Source: an uncultured Verrucomicrobiae bacterium (lineage in GTDB: Bacteria; Verrucomicrobiota; Verrucomicrobiia; Limisphaerales; Palsa-1400). From it: 64,000 nt of DNA. Below, in pieces: positions 60,138 through 64,000 of the stretch; positions within the stretch are counted from its first letter, which is position 1, and every line of letters begins with the position of its first letter. Below the pieces are notes generated by a model. That model saw only the letters and a list, made by a program, of their open reading frames with translations. It did not search any database and had not been told where the DNA came from. The position numbers and the translations under genes were made by a program. The DNA lies in contig OY969763.1 of assembly GCA_963702845.1 (NCBI GenBank), forward strand, positions 384,001 through 448,000, given 5' to 3'.

Positions 60138-61541
60138 TTACACGACGCGCATTTGGACGGCGTCGACGATTTGTTCGCCGGACATCAATGAGCCGATGAC
60201 GACGATGGTCTGACCTTTTTGCAGATTGCCTTTTTGCATCAGGTTGGCGATGGCGGATTCGATCGTGTTTTCGGGATTGATCATGTCGAAGGGGACGACA
60301 AAGGGTTGACGCCCCAGCTTAACGTCAGTGCGCCAGCGACTTCGTTGGTCGCGCACATAGCGTAGACGGGGAGAAATGCGGGCGCAGCCAACCGGCATAA
60401 CGCGCCATGTGGCCGTGCCGAGTGAAGACGAGGATTGCAGCGGCTTTGAGTTCGTTGGCCATGACAATGGCGCTTTTCACGAGTTTTTGACGCGGCAAAA
60501 TAGTTTCGGCGTGATCAAGGACGTGGACATCGTTGTTTTCTTCGATGCGCGTGGCGATGCGGTCAAAGACTTCGACACATTTCAGCGGATATTTGCCCAC
60601 AGTCGTTTCGCCGCTGAGCATGATGGCGTCGGCTTGTTCGAAGACGGCATGTGCGATGTCGGTGACTTCGGCGCGCGTGGCCATGGGCGAGTTGATCATG
60701 CTTTCAAGCATGTGCGTGGCGACGATGACTGGTTTGCCGACTCGCAGACAAGTTTTGACGATGCGGCGTTGGACGATCGGAAGTTCTTCGTAAGGAATTT
60801 CGATGCCAAGATCGCCGCGCGCGACCATGATGCCATCGGCTTCGTCGGACGATTGAGCTCGAGGTTGTTGATGGCTTGTTGGTCTTCAATTTTGGCGATG
60901 ACGAACGGTTGGTGCGGGTTGTTTTCGAAAAGTTCGCGGAGTTGGAACAGGTCGCGAGCTTCGCGGACGAACGACAGGGCAATGAAATCGACGCCGATTT
61001 CCAAACCCATTTTGACGTCCGCAATGTCTTTTGCAGTGAGGGCGGGCAAGCTGACTTTGACGCCGGGAAGATTGATGTGGCGACGGCTGCCGAGTTTTCC
61101 TGGGGTGAGGACTTCGCATTCGACTTTGTTGGCGGTCTTGGACAAGACCTTCATTTCGATGTTACCGTTATCGAGTAGAACGATATCGCCGACGTTGATG
61201 TCGTTGACAAAGTTGGCGTAATTGACGTCGACGGAATGTTCCTCTTCGCGTTTTTCGCCACGGACGGTCAGAGTGAATTTTTGGCCGGGTTTGAGATCCA
61301 GCGGAACGCTCAAATCGCCGGTGCGAATGGCAGGTCCCTGCGTGTCCATCATGATGCCGATAAAAACATTTCGAGCCGCGGCTGCGGAACGGATGTCTTT
61401 GATGACGCGACGGACCCAATCATGGGGCGCGTGCGACATGTTGAGGCGAAAGACATTGACGCCGGCCTCAATAAGTTTGCCGAGCATTTCCGGGGAATCC
61501 GTTGCGGGTCCAAGAGTGGCGATGATTTTCGTGTGGCGCAT
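60138..61541 (-). CDS. pyk: Pyruvate kinase (two frameshifts in this sequence)
   Basis: TKIIATLGPA, RLNMSH, DTQGP, IAKIE, MVARGDLG, ATHMLESM, MLSGET. Frame switches near 60850 and 60365. Confidence 0.93.
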
Positions 61542-61649
61542 TTTTACAATATCGCCGGAAGTTAAACATGCGCAGGGCAAATCACCAAACGGTTTTGTTG
61601 GAGAAGCACGCGGGCTGGCGGTTGAAGACGATTTGCTGCAGAGGAAAAG

Positions 61650-61734
61650 TGGTGCGCTTAGCAGGACTTGAACCTGCACGGATTGCTCCACTACCACCTC
61701 AAAGTAGCGTGTCTGCCAATTCCACCATAAGCGC
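61650..61734 (-). tRNA. tRNA-Leu (anticodon GAG)
   Basis: GCGCTTA acceptor stem, anticodon loop TTGAGGT, long variable arm, GTTCAAGTC T loop, encoded CCA. Confidence 0.95.
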
Positions 61735-61872
61735 AACCAGCCGGAATGTCCGGCTCGCACTAATGAAGCAGGTCGGAGTCTGATTCGCAAGTCGAATTAG
61801 GTGTGCCGGTTAGTTGCGCATCCCTGTAACTAAACCGCTCAATGCGGCAGTCGCGGAGCGACGCTCCTACCT

Positions 61873-64000
61873 TTAGTTCCCTTGGATAACGGTGTATCCG
61901 CTAAGCAGGCTGCCGAGCCAGAAGCCGGCGGCGATATTTTGCTTCTGAAATACGACGCCTTGGAAGGAAACGGTTCGGTTCGTTGCCGGGTCGATAAAGC
62001 TACCGTTCATCAGACCCGTGCCATTTGACAAGCTCACGCGGAAGCGAATCGAAGAGCCGGTGTCATCCGTGATAAACCGATTGAATTGATCAAGTGTTCC
62101 AGTGAAATCAAATTCACCCGCAATATCTGCACCGCCGATGGCGACGGAAACATTGTCGGGAACGAGGTCGAGGCTCAGCACGTTATTGCCACGGGGTGCG
62201 GGTGTGAACAGGGAACCGACAAGGCTCGACTGGACCGTAAACCCGTTTGGATAAATCGGTGAGCCGGATTGGCGACGGAACCATGTGACTTCACCATCCA
62301 TATCGGATGTGCCGGGGATGTCTTCGATCGTGATTTGGCCCAGGGCCATTTCTGAGCCGTTCACCCAAGTGAAAAACGGCCAAGTGTCATCCCCTGCCAG
62401 AGCTGTTGTGCGCGAGATGGTGGTGCCGTCGGCCAATCGGCCAAAGTAACTAATCGTGCCGGAGGTGGTGACGATTACGGTTGCGTAACCTGCGCCTTGT
62501 GGTTGGTCGGGGGAGTCACCACCAGGAATCAAAACAGTGTAGCGTCCGGCTGTAGCAGGATTCGTCCGCGCATTCCAAATCCAGCGATCGGATGAAATCG
62601 CCGCAGTGACTGAGCCGTCGTCGATTGTGCCGGTGAGTTGGTCGGACGAATCGTCGACATGCAACTGGAGGATGATTTGGTAACTCGTGCCGCCGCGCAC
62701 GATTGTGGTTGAGTAATCGCCGTCGCCGGTGAATTTGCCAGCGAAACTGAAGACTTGCCGACCCAAGTAGAGCATCGCGCTGAATGCGCCAGAGGAACCG
62801 ACGGTCGCGCGGAAACAGCCCTCGTGATCGATGTCCGGCTGATCGGTCGTGACGAGACCATTATATTGGCCCATGACTGGTATGAATGGATTGGGAACGA
62901 AGTTGGCCTGCAGGCCGAGGTCCTGCTGCATAGTGAACGTAATCGTCTGCGAACTGGAAGTGACATCGCCAGACCAGCCATTAAAGACGTAACCGGCGGC
63001 AGGAATCGCTGTCATAGTGGAACGCTGGCCGATTTGAATCATCCTGCCATCCAGGTTCGGAGAAACGGTGCCACTACCGCTGATCCCGACGCTGAGTTGG
63101 CTGCTTTGAAGATAGGTTAAAGTCCATGTAACAATGGTCGATTGATTTCCTGAAGTATCGACGGATTTCACCTTGATGGTGTTCGGCCCGGCGTTGAGGT
63201 TGAGTTGCATTTGCCACGACGTGGTGCCGTCGGCGTGTTGGTAAGTGTCCGAGTTAACTGCTACCAATACCTGTGCGACGGCGATGTTGTCGCTCGCGGT
63301 GCCGTGTAAAACGGGATTGTTGGTCAACAAACGTGAACCATTTACAGGGCCTTGAACGATCACGCGTGGCGGAGTGGATTCTGGAGGAGCATCGGAGACA
63401 GTGATGTTTGCGGTGTCCGAGGCATTGCGGTTGTCGCGTGCGGTTACGACTGCTTGAATTCTATAGCTGCCTTTAGCTGCGCTGTTAATGGCCGCGGTAT
63501 ACGGGGGGGCGGTGTCGACGGCGACACTCGCGCCGTTGACAAAGAATTCCACTTTTTGCACGCCTGCGCCTGCGCCTGCTGTTGCGTTTAGAGTGATGGT
63601 CGCACCGGTGTTGAAATTCGCGCCATCGACGGGTGACGTGAGCGTGATTGAAGGCGGACTGACCGTGCCGCCGCTTCCGCCAACGCGCGCGACGACGACT
63701 GTTTGATCAACCCGGCCGTAACCGAGAGTGCCTTGCGGAGAGTAGGCGACGCATTGGACGTTCGCGACATTGCTCGTGTAGGTGCGAGTGACTGCGCCGT
63801 CGGAAGTGCGCGCCAATTTGATCGAGTTGCCTTCGCCGGTTGTGAACGCGAATGTGGCGCTGTCCGGACTGAAGGCGACGCCGTAAATATTTCCGTTATT
63901 GTTGCCGATGCTGAATCGCAATGAACCATCGGAAACGTTCCAGACTTTGGCGGTTTGATCGTAGCTGCCGGTGCCGATGTAGGCGCCGTTGGCAGACCAC
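61873..64000 (-). CDS. Large extracellular protein with WD40 repeats, Ig-like domains and InlB-B-like repeat (5' partial)
   Basis: VAFSPD WD40 blades, ITLTSP...VEFFVNG and GTASDN...G.NTI Ig-like domains, GYVFNGWSG...ANF repeat. Frame continues to the window edge. Confidence 0.75.
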   Translation of the reverse strand, partial: WSANGAYIGTGSYDQTAKVWNVSDGSLRFSIGNNNGNIYGVAFSPDSATFAFTTGEGNSIKLARTSDGAVTRTYTSNVANVQCVAYSPQGTLGYGRVDQTVVVARVGGSGGTVSPPSITLTSPVDGANFNTGATITLNATAGAGAGVQKVEFFVNGASVAVDTAPPYTAAINSAAKGSYRIQAVVTARDNRNASDTANITVSDAPPESTPPRVIVQGPVNGSRLLTNNPVLHGTASDNIAVAQVLVAVNSDTYQHADGTTSWQMQLNLNAGPNTIKVKSVDTSGNQSTIVTWTLTYLQSSQLSVGISGSGTVSPNLDGRMIQIGQRSTMTAIPAAGYVFNGWSGDVTSSSQTITFTMQQDLGLQANFVPNPFIPVMGQYNGLVTTDQPDIDHEGCFRATVGSSGAFSAMLYLGRQVFSFAGKFTGDGDYSTTIVRGGTSYQIILQLHVDDSSDQLTGTIDDGSVTAAISSDRWIWNARTNPATAGRYTVLIPGGDSPDQPQGAGYATVIVTTSGTISYFGRLADGTTISRTTALAGDDTWPFFTWVNGSEMALGQITIEDIPGTSDMDGEVTWFRRQSGSPIYPNGFTVQSSLVGSLFTPAPRGNNVLSLDLVPDNVSVAIGGADIAGEFDFTGTLDQFNRFITDDTGSSIRFRVSLSNGTGLMNGSFIDPATNRTVSFQGVVFQKQNIAAGFWLGSLLSGYTVIQGN

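Noticed and set aside
61650..61734. tRNA-Leu as an integration site for an island
   Set aside because: No integrase nearby and no duplicated tRNA 3' end was noticed in the window.
61542..61790. Long N-terminal extension of pyk
   Set aside because: It runs through tRNA-Leu. Pyruvate kinase homology starts at the ATG at 61541.

Overview
Bacterial chromosomal window, about 55% GC. PVC-type heme-binding dehydrogenases, a Ser/Thr kinase-ECF sigma pair and a pilin-like helix suggest Verrucomicrobiota (inference). Left to right it holds: a PVC heme/HEAT protein, glutaredoxin-lipA, AlgI/AlgJ-like O-acetylation genes, a GlcF-like Fe-S protein and a beta-propeller phosphoesterase. An accessory patch at 11-15.6 kb carries REP-like palindromes, a SIR2-like gene, two attI-like motifs each followed by one ORF, a well-formed attC, and two diverged copies of a phage terminase 3' end, with no integrase in view. 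DEAD-box and SNF2 helicases follow. Next is an NO-stress plus nitrous oxide reductase cluster: trHb, ric, Rrf2, a diheme cytochrome-cupredoxin fusion, lipoprotein nosZ, nosB-like, ccdA-like, nosDFY and a CusF-SCO fusion. A block of frameshifted housekeeping genes (kdsD, lpdA, sucB) probably reflects sequencing indels. The right part has transport, metabolic and signalling genes, an orphan perfect sigma70 promoter, an IS110/IS1111-type element splitting mpaA with a structured 3' non-coding end, frameshifted pyk, tRNA-Leu(GAG) and a partial WD40/Ig-like protein. The best candidates for an undescribed system are the terminase-linked mini-integron units and the atypical nos cluster. All calls come from motif recognition by eye, with no database searches.
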